DNA of 64,000 bases from positions 72,516-136,515 of IMG/VR virus record IMGVR_UViG_3300013105_000022, one strand, 5' to 3'. The translations under genes were made by a program, and so were the position numbers. A model generated the notes under the pieces. That model did no database searches and had not been told where the DNA came from. It worked only from the letters and a program-made list of their open reading frames with translations. This stretch comes from a virus (taxonomy: Duplodnaviria; Caudoviricetes). Positions 37,214-45,822 of this stretch are shown here, in pieces; within the stretch, counting starts at the first letter, position 1, and the number at the start of each line of letters is the position of its first letter.

Positions 37214-38284
37214 ATGCCTGTATACTCATTCCCCACAAACATCCAGCCGGGAGACACCGGTCAAACGTCGTGGGCAAATTCTATCGGCACGGCTCTGAAT
37301 GCGCTAGGCCCGCTTGTTGACACCAAGGCGGATGATTCTGCCGTCGTCAAGCTCACTGGAGCACAGACGGTTGCCGGAATCAAGACCTTCTCATCCGCAC
37401 CTGTAGTACCCGATGCCTCCTTCGCTCTAGCTAAGGTATCGGGACTTGTCTCTGCCCTCGCAGGCAAGGCAAGCACCACAGACCTCGATAACGTCTTCGG
37501 TATCGCAACCGCCGCCGTGCCTCAGTCCAGAACTGTGGCTGGTAAGGCCCTGACAGCCGATGTAACGCTCGCAAAGGCCGATGTGGGCCTGGGTAGTGTA
37601 GACAACACTTCGGACGCTAGCAAGCCTGTATCGAGCGCACAGCAGACGGCTCTCAATCTGAAGGCCAACCTAGCTAGTCCTACCTTCACGGGAACCGTAT
37701 CGGGTATTACTAAGGCTATGGTGGGACTGGCCAACGTAGACAACACAGCCGATAGCGCCAAGCCTGTTTCTACCGCTCAGCAGTCTGCACTCGATCTGAA
37801 GGCCCCTCTAGCTTCGCCTACCTTCACCGGCACAGTTTCCGGCATCACGAAGGCTATGGTTGGTCTAGGTAGTGTAGACAACACCGCAGACTCTGCTAAG
37901 CCTGTATCGACTGCTCAGCAGTCTGCACTCGATCTGAAGGCCCCTCTAGCTAGTCCTGCCCTCACCGGTACTCCTACGGCACCTACAGCCGCTGGTGGTA
38001 CCAACACGACACAGGTTGCTACGACTGCATTCGTTACGACGGCAGTTGCGGGAGCAGGAGGTTCGACTCCTGACGCATCGACTACTGTCAAGGGTAAGAT
38101 CGAGATTGCTACTGATGCCGAAATGCAGACGGGCACAGACAGCACTCTTGCTCTTGTCGCGTCTCAGGTAGTTAACGCTCAGAACGAGACCATGCTTGCC
38201 AAGGTACAGTTCATCCCATTCGGTGGCACAGTCACCGGATCACCTGGCCCATACGCTATCATCATTGAGGCGGCTTCTGCCTAA
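37214..38284 (+). CDS. Tail fibre protein
   Basis: TGAQTVAGIKTF, TKAMVGLGSVDNT repeats, SPALTGTPTAPT, ATTAFV, ASTTVKG. Confidence 0.8.
   Translation: MPVYSFPTNIQPGDTGQTSWANSIGTALNALGPLVDTKADDSAVVKLTGAQTVAGIKTFSSAPVVPDASFALAKVSGLVSALAGKASTTDLDNVFGIATAAVPQSRTVAGKALTADVTLAKADVGLGSVDNTSDASKPVSSAQQTALNLKANLASPTFTGTVSGITKAMVGLANVDNTADSAKPVSTAQQSALDLKAPLASPTFTGTVSGITKAMVGLGSVDNTADSAKPVSTAQQSALDLKAPLASPALTGTPTAPTAAGGTNTTQVATTAFVTTAVAGAGGSTPDASTTVKGKIEIATDAEMQTGTDSTLALVASQVVNAQNETMLAKVQFIPFGGTVTGSPGPYAIIIEAASA
37568..37981 (+). repeat. Three 138-bp (46-aa) fibre repeats
   Basis: ITKAM at 37706 and 37844 (period 138). Confidence 0.85.
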
Positions 38285-39861
38285 TGACCACAGTTCCAGC
38301 CCGCGTAGGATACGCGACAGTCACAGCTAACGGAACTAATGCTTGCAGTATCGACATCAGTTCCGTACCTACTGGTGCCTGGATTATCGTTCTTCTGACG
38401 ACAGACACCACGGGTATCTCTGCCCTGCCTTCCTCTCCCTCTACAGGGTGGCGTAATCTCCTTCAGGCGGGAAACTTCCAGCAGGCGACAGGTTCGCGTA
38501 GAACTGGTATTGCCACCAGGATCAAGGCCTCCGGAGAGAACACCCTAGTGTGGTCCTCTACCGGCTCCTCCAACAAGCGTATGACCGCTTTCTGGGGAAC
38601 AGGATCGAAGCCTGTAGCGGATTTTATCATGGGTACCATCGGCGTTCGTAATGCCGCTGACATCGTTTCTGGACAGTCCGTTCAGGCCGGTACCTCGACT
38701 ACGACTATTGCTCCATCAGTGACAGTAGGCGAAGCAAACTCTCTAGTTCTCTCTGTGTTCATGGAAGCTTCTACTTCTACGGGAGCGGCCTCCATCACAG
38801 CCGGTGGCGCTACTCTCTGGTTCAATGCCGGAGACGAAGCCACATACATCGAACAGCACTCGACTGCTTACCTTGCGCCCTCTACAGGTGCCACGTCCGC
38901 CGTTACGGCTACATACTCACAAACTCAAGCTTCCAACAGCTTTGGTTTCCAGATCGTCATTCCTCCGTCCCCAGACGCAGTGGTTACTCCTATTGGTCTA
39001 CCCATCAAGGTAGGTAGTGGCTCTACGTCTTACCTCTCCTTCGTCAACGGATCGAGTACCCGAGTAGCACCTAATAGCATCAGGACATGGCTACCCGGAT
39101 TCTCGAATGTCGCGGAAGTTCCCGCCAAGCCCGGAGTTACTTCCGCGCACCGTGGGGGGTCGCTGAACTGGCCTGAGTATTCTGAAATTGCATATGACCG
39201 CTCTGTGTTCCGAGGCTTCGGTGTACTCGAATTCTCATGCGGATGGACTTCGGACAACGTTCCCTTTGGACTCGGAGACGAGACCCTGGATCGTGCCGCT
39301 GGAGTAGCTGGAACCATCTATCCCACGTCAATGACATGGGCTACTTTGTCTAGCACATACCAGAACAAGCTACGTCCTGTATCTCCGGGCGTATACCAGC
39401 CTTTCTATCGCTTGGATCAGTTTCTAGCCAAGTACACACCTACGCACATTTGCCTTGTAGACCCTAAGTTCGGTTGGTCTACTCCCGCTAAGCTTTCAGC
39501 AATGCTGGACATCTGCGATGCAAATGGCGGTCCTAGTAGAATCGTTATCAAGTTCGACTTCCCACTCACTGATCCGGCAATTGTCAATGCGGCTCATGCT
39601 CGTGGGTACACAACTATGAACTATTGGGGCACCAACCAAGCCGCACTCACGACCGCTTACCATACAGATAAGTGGGACTGGATTGGGGTTGCATACAATG
39701 CCGACCAGGCCATGTACGACGCGGCACTGGCTATCGGTAAGCCCGTTTGGGCCGCAGTCATCCCGGATCAAGCCGGGTACAGCACAGCAGTGAGCCGTGG
39801 AGCAAATATCTTCATGTGCTCTAACGTCGCAGGCATTACGCCCGTATCGAAGTGGAACTAA
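38284..39861 (+). CDS. Virion protein with glycerophosphodiester phosphodiesterase (GDPD)-like domain
   Basis: AHRGGS..PE.S..AY and E.....TSD.V......TLDR motifs. Confidence 0.75.
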   Translation: MTTVPARVGYATVTANGTNACSIDISSVPTGAWIIVLLTTDTTGISALPSSPSTGWRNLLQAGNFQQATGSRRTGIATRIKASGENTLVWSSTGSSNKRMTAFWGTGSKPVADFIMGTIGVRNAADIVSGQSVQAGTSTTTIAPSVTVGEANSLVLSVFMEASTSTGAASITAGGATLWFNAGDEATYIEQHSTAYLAPSTGATSAVTATYSQTQASNSFGFQIVIPPSPDAVVTPIGLPIKVGSGSTSYLSFVNGSSTRVAPNSIRTWLPGFSNVAEVPAKPGVTSAHRGGSLNWPEYSEIAYDRSVFRGFGVLEFSCGWTSDNVPFGLGDETLDRAAGVAGTIYPTSMTWATLSSTYQNKLRPVSPGVYQPFYRLDQFLAKYTPTHICLVDPKFGWSTPAKLSAMLDICDANGGPSRIVIKFDFPLTDPAIVNAAHARGYTTMNYWGTNQAALTTAYHTDKWDWIGVAYNADQAMYDAALAIGKPVWAAVIPDQAGYSTAVSRGANIFMCSNVAGITPVSKWN

Positions 39862-39862
39862 A

Positions 39863-41155
39863 ATGGGACTTTTTGAGCAACTAGCTACAGAGACAGAAGA
39901 ATTCATTGGCAAGGTAGTCGATGAGAAGATTGATGCTCTCCCCACCCCTGCCCCAGGCAAGGACGGGGAAGATGGAACCGATGGGGAAGACGGACTGGAC
40001 GGTGATAGCGCCTACCAGATTTGGCTGAAGCTCGGAAACCAAGGATCAGAGGCTGACTTTATTGCTAGCCTCAAGGGCAAGGACGGTAAGGACGGCCTTC
40101 CTGGGACAAGCACCGGAACTTCTCGCCCCTACGGCATGATCCTGATGGATTCCTACCCTGGCACCGACGACGAGAAGCTGGATGCGGCGATTGCAGACGC
40201 ACGTAGCCGTGCTCAGATTCCCGCCATCGCTCTTCCAGATAATCGAATCCCCACCTTCACGAAGTCTGGACGTGAACTGTTCAGCGGACTGAAGATCGTC
40301 GGCTCTCCCCAAGGACACCACAATCCTGAGCAGGGAACAAAGCTACAGACCACGATGGTAAACTTCCGCTTCGGCACCGCCGCCGACCCACAGCCGTGGT
40401 TCCGAGGCTCCGGCAACGTCTTCAACGTCTACTTTGCTGATTTTGCTGTAAATGGAACCGCAGGTACCTACTTCATCGATCAGCCTAGCGGCTCTCTGTA
40501 CTCGTGTGAATTCCACTCTCTCGCGTTCAACCTTTGCCGTGCAGTATTCGGACTCCCCGGACGCCCCGCTCTGATGACTCAGGTGACCTTCTCGGGGCAC
40601 TGGACCGCTAACAACGCCCGTGGTCAGCAGTTCACTCTCGGAGGTTCGGACAACGACTTCTGGATGGATTCTCAGATCAACATTGGTACCGGACAGTCCC
40701 CCGAACTTACGGGTAACGGTGACCAGTACTACATTCACCTAGCTTCTGTCTCCAAGTCTCGAATCGGATTCATCTACGCATCCGGCCTAAACGGCTGGAA
40801 CTGCATGCGTGTAACCGGATCGGCCACCAGTGGATACGGCAATGATTTTTACGGTGGAGTTTACGAGGGCTTCAAGGACGGCGCGAATTCTGCTTTGGCT
40901 AACCCTGGAAACGTCATTCGTCTCGAAGGCGGTCAGGGTACATTCCACGGCGGTAACTTCGGACAGGGAATGTCGAAGCCTCTCAGCAACCATCTGGGCC
41001 TCATTCACATCACAGGTGGCGACTGGGTATTTATCGCGCCTAAGTTCTACGGAAACTACGGTGCCGCACACATGCATCAGGCCGGTGGAAGGCTCGAAGT
41101 CATCGCTCCGCGTGTCAATAGTGGTATCTCACCAGTTATCACTAAGGCCTCCTGA
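39863..41155 (+). CDS. Collagen-like N-terminus plus probable beta-helix (depolymerase/tailspike-like)
   Basis: GKDGEDG repeats, SAYQIW...G..GSEADFIASLKG, DD..LDAAI, then G/N/aromatic-rich beta region. Confidence 0.6.
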   Translation: MGLFEQLATETEEFIGKVVDEKIDALPTPAPGKDGEDGTDGEDGLDGDSAYQIWLKLGNQGSEADFIASLKGKDGKDGLPGTSTGTSRPYGMILMDSYPGTDDEKLDAAIADARSRAQIPAIALPDNRIPTFTKSGRELFSGLKIVGSPQGHHNPEQGTKLQTTMVNFRFGTAADPQPWFRGSGNVFNVYFADFAVNGTAGTYFIDQPSGSLYSCEFHSLAFNLCRAVFGLPGRPALMTQVTFSGHWTANNARGQQFTLGGSDNDFWMDSQINIGTGQSPELTGNGDQYYIHLASVSKSRIGFIYASGLNGWNCMRVTGSATSGYGNDFYGGVYEGFKDGANSALANPGNVIRLEGGQGTFHGGNFGQGMSKPLSNHLGLIHITGGDWVFIAPKFYGNYGAAHMHQAGGRLEVIAPRVNSGISPVITKAS

Positions 41156-41168
41156 AACCTCTCCCCGA

Positions 41169-41177
41169 GCGATAGTA
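41169..41177 (+). promoter_or_regulatory. Late motif
   Basis: Exact GCGATAGTA. Confidence 0.7.
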
Positions 41178-41219
41178 GTACGTGAGGCAAACGTCTCTCG
41201 TATGTGCTAGGGGAGAGGC

Positions 41220-41669
41220 ATGAATTACATCAAGAACTTGAAGGTCAGGCACGTAGCCTGGGCTTTCGTATTGGGCATTGTATCGGTCTGGTGGCCGTCC
41301 TTTGTCATCGCGACTCCTCCTGACTTCCTTCAGGAGAACATCGATCCCGTCGTGCTGATTGTCTGCATGGTCGTGGCCCTTATCGGTGGTATCGTCAAGA
41401 TTTTCGGGTACCTCGCTTCCCAAATGCCAGGGAAGGTGGGGACGCTTGGTGTATCCGTTGAGCTTGTAGGACTTATCCTAGCCGCAGTAGGTCCGCTAAG
41501 CTACATCGCTGTGTCTCTGTATGGGTTCTGGGAGCCTGGTGTAGATGTGAACTTCTCCTCCGCTTTCATCCTTGCGTGTGGTGTCGCCGCGATCTTCCTA
41601 TACAGGGCAATCATCATTGTGCCTAGGTTCATCTTCGAGGCGCACGATCCCGCAAAGGATGATGCCTGA
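41220..41669 (+). CDS. Membrane protein (about 4 TM), possible lysis accessory
   Basis: Hydrophobic helices; downstream of late motif. Confidence 0.65.
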   Translation: MNYIKNLKVRHVAWAFVLGIVSVWWPSFVIATPPDFLQENIDPVVLIVCMVVALIGGIVKIFGYLASQMPGKVGTLGVSVELVGLILAAVGPLSYIAVSLYGFWEPGVDVNFSSAFILACGVAAIFLYRAIIIVPRFIFEAHDPAKDDA

Positions 41670-42067
41670 TGGACCTACTTAGCATTCTCCTGGGTGGAGG
41701 AGTTGGTGTCGCTGTTGTCGCCGCCGCATCCATCATCACCCAAGTAATCCTCAACAAGAAGCTTCGAAGCCCTGCCGACCGCACCGCTGAAGTCACCGCG
41801 ATCCTCACCTTCTTCAAGGAGGGCATCGCTGATAGTCGTGCCGACCGCACGGCTCTGGAAGAGACCACTAAGGACCTCCGCGAGTACGTAGCTCAGCTTG
41901 AGAAGGACAACCGAGAGAACTACGCTCTCCGTGTCAAGCTCGAAGACCGCATCACCGATCTTGAGCGTCGTATCCGTGAGAAGGATGAGCGAATCGCTTA
42001 CCTCGAAGAGGAGCTTCAGAAGTATGCCGGGTACCACGCCGACATCGCTGAAGGGGCCGTGGATTAA
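41669..42067 (+). CDS. Single-TM coiled-coil protein, possible lysis accessory
   Basis: N-terminal TM with GGG, then heptad coiled coil. Confidence 0.65.
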   Translation: MDLLSILLGGGVGVAVVAAASIITQVILNKKLRSPADRTAEVTAILTFFKEGIADSRADRTALEETTKDLREYVAQLEKDNRENYALRVKLEDRITDLERRIREKDERIAYLEEELQKYAGYHADIAEGAVD

Positions 42068-42090
42068 GAGAAACTTGCTACACTAGAGGT

Positions 42091-42261
42091 ATGCCTAAAG
42101 CCTTTAGTGTGGAACGTTTCTCCGAATTGGTCAAGGAGGGCCGTAGAGCCTTCCTGACCGATTCCGCGTACGCCATTGCCATCGCCCGTCCTGCCGGTGC
42201 ACTAGCCGCCCGCCGTCGAGAGAAGGAAGCTACTGTAGACGTAGCAACCTCAGGCGTATAG
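42091..42261 (+). CDS. Small hypothetical protein (56 aa), leaderless
   Basis: Extended -10 TGcTACACT (42076-42084) ends 6 nt before the ATG. Confidence 0.55.
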   Translation: MPKAFSVERFSELVKEGRRAFLTDSAYAIAIARPAGALAARRREKEATVDVATSGV

Positions 42262-42263
42262 AT
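42253..42263 (+). promoter_or_regulatory. GGCGTA-class promoter (leaderless, GTG 16 nt from motif start)
   Basis: GGCGTATAGAT. Confidence 0.65.
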
Positions 42264-42268
42264 AGAGG

Positions 42269-43945
42269 GTGACATTGCTACCCTTTGACGTACGACGCTT
42301 CTCCGACTCCTCCCGAGAGAGCATGGCTTGGCGCGTCCACAACGAGCAGGACTTCGCCCTACCCAAGCTAGATGTCTGGAACTACTCCCCTTGCCGTAAG
42401 CATGCAAACGGATGGGTAGAGGAGTTCTGGGATGAAGAGCGCCAGGAAGATCGACACCGCACGGTCTACGACCGACCAAAGCCCGGATGCCGCTACTGTG
42501 GAATCCTCTTCCGTCAGCACCAGCGTGTAGGCATCGCTTGGCTGTACCTGAAGAAGCGAGGACTCCTAGCTGACACGATGGGTACGGGTAAGACCGTGCA
42601 CGCCGCTGGACTCCTGGCCATGCTCCACCAGACCGGCGAGCTAGAGTCGGTAGGACGATCTATCATCATCCCTCGCGCTCCTGCCCTCTCCCAGTGGCAA
42701 CACGAGCTACAGCGTATGATCCCCGGACTGAACCTCATCATGGCTCAGGGTGATCCGGCCAAGCGTCGAGAGCTATACGCCTCTGACTGGTCTACGCTTC
42801 TCATCTCTCCGCAGACGTTCAACAACGACAGCGACATCTTCCGCAACCACTTCGATCTGTCTCTTCTCCTGACAGACGACATCGACGCGCTCCGAAACCG
42901 AGACACGGACACAGCCAAGAACATCAAGGCAGTGGCCCGCCAGAGTGATCGCTTCATCGTCATGACGGGTACCCCGATCCAGAAGCATCTCCGCGAGATG
43001 TGGAGCACCCTGGAAGAGGTTGGCGGTCGCGAGGCTTTCGGCACTCAGGAAGCGTTCGAGGCACGTCACGTCACCACGGCTACAGTTCGAGAATATGACG
43101 AGCGCACCGGCCTACAGACGAAGGTACGAACCGTGCCCGCCTACAGGAACATGACTGAGGTTAAGGAGAAGATGGCCCCGATGGTTCTTCGCCGCAAGGT
43201 GGAAGACCTGAAGGATGTGAACCTTCCCGAGGTCAACGTCAACGACGTATTCCTGGACCTGTATCCAGCACAGCGAAACAAGTACGACGAGCTACGTGGA
43301 AACGTCCTTCGCATTATGAAGGAAGAGGGTTCTGAAGTCAAGCACATCACGGCCCTCACCAAGATTCACTACGGTGCCCAAATCTGTGGCGGTCTGGCAA
43401 CTCTGGGCGAGTCCGATGGCCCCAACACGTCTGTTAAGATGGACTGGATTCTGGAGACTCTTCAGGGTGACCTAGACGGGGAGAAGGTCGTCCTCTTCGC
43501 CAACTACAAGAACTCGGTGCGTGCTCTGCAAGAGCGCTTCCGCACAGCCGGTATCGGCTTCGAGACCGTGTGGGGTGAAGAGCCGAACAGGGATGCTCGC
43601 AAGCGCTCGCAGGATCGCTTCTGGGACGATCCCAACTGCCGTGTGCTCATCGGTACCCAGGCTATTGAGCAGTCTCTGAACCTTCAGATCGCTCGCCATC
43701 TTGTCAACATGGACATGATTATGAATCCGAGCCGTATGGCTCAACTTGCAGGTAGAATTAGACGTGATGGCAGTGCACACAAGCACGTCTTCGTGCACAA
43801 CCTACTGACCGTCAACACACAAGAAGAGCGCTACCTCCCACTCTTGGAGCGTGAGCAGGCGGTAGCAGATTTCATCTGGGATGAAAACAACGAACTATTT
43901 GCTCAGTTGAATCCCATGACTCTACTGCAACTAATCTCTGGATGA
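42269..43945 (+). CDS. SNF2-family helicase/ATPase
   Basis: LLADTMGTGKT, MTGTPIQ, VLRRK, EQSLNLQ, NPSRMAQLAGRIRR. Confidence 0.88.
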   Translation: MTLLPFDVRRFSDSSRESMAWRVHNEQDFALPKLDVWNYSPCRKHANGWVEEFWDEERQEDRHRTVYDRPKPGCRYCGILFRQHQRVGIAWLYLKKRGLLADTMGTGKTVHAAGLLAMLHQTGELESVGRSIIIPRAPALSQWQHELQRMIPGLNLIMAQGDPAKRRELYASDWSTLLISPQTFNNDSDIFRNHFDLSLLLTDDIDALRNRDTDTAKNIKAVARQSDRFIVMTGTPIQKHLREMWSTLEEVGGREAFGTQEAFEARHVTTATVREYDERTGLQTKVRTVPAYRNMTEVKEKMAPMVLRRKVEDLKDVNLPEVNVNDVFLDLYPAQRNKYDELRGNVLRIMKEEGSEVKHITALTKIHYGAQICGGLATLGESDGPNTSVKMDWILETLQGDLDGEKVVLFANYKNSVRALQERFRTAGIGFETVWGEEPNRDARKRSQDRFWDDPNCRVLIGTQAIEQSLNLQIARHLVNMDMIMNPSRMAQLAGRIRRDGSAHKHVFVHNLLTVNTQEERYLPLLEREQAVADFIWDENNELFAQLNPMTLLQLISG

Positions 43946-43948
43946 TTG

Positions 43949-44359
43949 ATGGATAACTCTAAATGGACTGTAGTCGAATCGGGGTGCTGGGAATGGAACG
44001 GTACCCGATTTGAGAACGGAGGGTATGGTAGGATCGGAGAGAGAAGAGCCACCCGTGTACTCATGGAAGAGCTTTTGGGGAGACCTCTTGAGAAGTTTGA
44101 GTGGGTTCTTCATTCTTGCGATAATCCTCCATGTGTAAATCCTTCACATCTACGTCTAGGCTCTCCCGCAGAGAACTCTCAGGATCGAGAGAAGAAGGGA
44201 CGCGGGGGACGCTCAAACTATACAGTTTGTGTCAACGGGCACGACCTGACCAAGCCTGAAAATACCTACCCACGTGCTGATCGTAAGAAGCCGCGATGCC
44301 GAGAATGCTCTAAAGCTGTTTCTAGAGCGAGGTATCAGCGCAAGAAGGAACTCACATGA
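43949..44359 (+). CDS. HNH homing endonuclease
   Basis: GCWEWNG, GYG, VLHSCDNPPCVNPSHL..G...EN..D, C.NGH...CREC. Confidence 0.9.
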   Translation: MDNSKWTVVESGCWEWNGTRFENGGYGRIGERRATRVLMEELLGRPLEKFEWVLHSCDNPPCVNPSHLRLGSPAENSQDREKKGRGGRSNYTVCVNGHDLTKPENTYPRADRKKPRCRECSKAVSRARYQRKKELT

Positions 44360-45105
44360 CGAAGAAGGACGAACCCCTCACACCGGAGGAGCATGGACTA
44401 GTCAAGAACAATCTTGCCCTAGCTCAGTATCTCTTCCACCGATTCCGCGCGAACATGCAGAGACGAGCAGATTATGGCATCGATCAGGATGAGTTGCTGT
44501 CTCAGGCATACTTCGGGCTGATCCGAGCGGCTAAGCGCTACCGTAAGTACGGCGAGAAGCATGAATACTCCGAGGAGTCCATCGCCTCAGGTCAGTTCTT
44601 CAGCGTCTTCGCCCGCCGTTTTATCAACGGACAGATGCTCGACTACCTCCGCAACCTGGATCACGTGCACTCCATCGTGCGTAAGGATTACAAGTCCCTG
44701 GTGGAGCACGGGTACGGCACCGAGAAGACGAATCAAGAAGTTGCGACCAGCGCCGACCTCACCCTAGAGCGGGCCGAGAAGGTAATCAAGCTCGTACACT
44801 CCAAGCCCGTGTACCTAGATGACTCCCTCAGCGGCGCTGAGACCACCGTAGGCGAGGGATTGGCCGATGCACGTACCGTCGAGTCATCCGCTCTAGAATC
44901 GTCTCTCAGGGAGGCTCTGGTCGATTGCATCGATTCCCTGGATGATGAGACCCAAGTCATCATCTACCTGAAGTACTACGTGGGTATGGAGCTACCTGAG
45001 ATTGCCGAAGAGGTTGAGGATACCCTAACCTCCGTTCGCAGGCTTCACACAGAGGCACTGTCCCGAATCCACGGATCGCTTGTCTCTCGCGTCCTTGGGG
45101 CGTAA
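44356..45105 (+). CDS. RNA polymerase sigma-70 factor (FliA/WhiG-like)
   Basis: DELLSQAYFGLIRAAKRY, F..FARRFINGQMLDYLR.LD, region-4 HTH LPEIA...VRRLH.EAL. Confidence 0.85.
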   Translation: MTKKDEPLTPEEHGLVKNNLALAQYLFHRFRANMQRRADYGIDQDELLSQAYFGLIRAAKRYRKYGEKHEYSEESIASGQFFSVFARRFINGQMLDYLRNLDHVHSIVRKDYKSLVEHGYGTEKTNQEVATSADLTLERAEKVIKLVHSKPVYLDDSLSGAETTVGEGLADARTVESSALESSLREALVDCIDSLDDETQVIIYLKYYVGMELPEIAEEVEDTLTSVRRLHTEALSRIHGSLVSRVLGA

Positions 45106-45109
45106 ACAT
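45099..45109 (+). promoter_or_regulatory. GGCGTA-class promoter (leaderless, ATG 45115)
   Basis: GGCGTAAACAT with the same 16-nt offset. Confidence 0.6.
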
Positions 45110-45114
45110 GAGTC

Positions 45115-45567
45115 ATGACACATTCTCTAGAAGAACTAATCGAGACCTCCGGCCAGAACGCTGAGGACAAGGGCTTCCACGATGACGGAAACCTACTGCG
45201 TGCCGTCCTGGATCACCTGGAGCACACAACGTCTGATCCCGTTCTGAGCATCAAGACTCCATACGGTGACGTGCAGATGACGCTTTCTCACACCTTCTGG
45301 ACTCGACTCTATGCGGCCTACAAGGGCAACCGACAGTTCCTGATTGTCAGCGAGGTCGTAGAGGCTCTGGATGAAGTTCGCAACGGCAAGCCGAGCATCT
45401 ATGAGGTAGACGGCAAGCCTGAGGGTTCCGCAGTCGAACTTGGTGACGCTGTGATCCGTATTGCGGACTACGCCTTCGAGTTCAACGAGCCGGTCGTTGA
45501 GGCTATCGACACCAAGGCCGCATACAACAAGACCCGTGAGAAGATGCACGGTGGAAAGCTGAGCTAA
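45115..45567 (+). CDS. MazG-like nucleotide pyrophosphohydrolase
   Basis: LIVSEVVEALDEVR, ELGDAVIRIAD, K..YN.TR...HG. Confidence 0.8.
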   Translation: MTHSLEELIETSGQNAEDKGFHDDGNLLRAVLDHLEHTTSDPVLSIKTPYGDVQMTLSHTFWTRLYAAYKGNRQFLIVSEVVEALDEVRNGKPSIYEVDGKPEGSAVELGDAVIRIADYAFEFNEPVVEAIDTKAAYNKTREKMHGGKLS

Positions 45568-45815
45568 TGGGACTACCCAAGCCATTTCAACGCCCTTCTA
45601 TCAATCTAGGTGGCGGTCCTAAGAAGGACTGGCAAGAGGTAGAGGCACAGCGCGTCTCCGCAGGCGACATCGTTCGTGGTTGGGGTCTGGTGACAGACAT
45701 CCGTCCAGCAGAAGACAGCACTACAGATCGCTTCCTTGACATCTACTTCAAGAGCGACGAACACCCAGTCACCTTCGTGAAGACCGAAACAGTTACCGCC
45801 TTCACAGCAGTCTAG
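45567..45815 (+). CDS. Hypothetical protein
   Basis: TAATG coupling; small beta domain. Confidence 0.6.
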   Translation: MGLPKPFQRPSINLGGGPKKDWQEVEAQRVSAGDIVRGWGLVTDIRPAEDSTTDRFLDIYFKSDEHPVTFVKTETVTAFTAV

Positions 45816-45822
45816 GAGTCAC

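Noticed and set aside
37046-37981. CRISPR array or diversity-generating retroelement repeats
   Set aside because: Repeats are in-frame coding duplications without spacers or adenine-specific variation; no cas or reverse transcriptase gene in the window
1100-41168. TCC-like -35 element for the late promoters
   Set aside because: Seen at variable spacing (about 14-18 nt) and missing at several sites; too short to support
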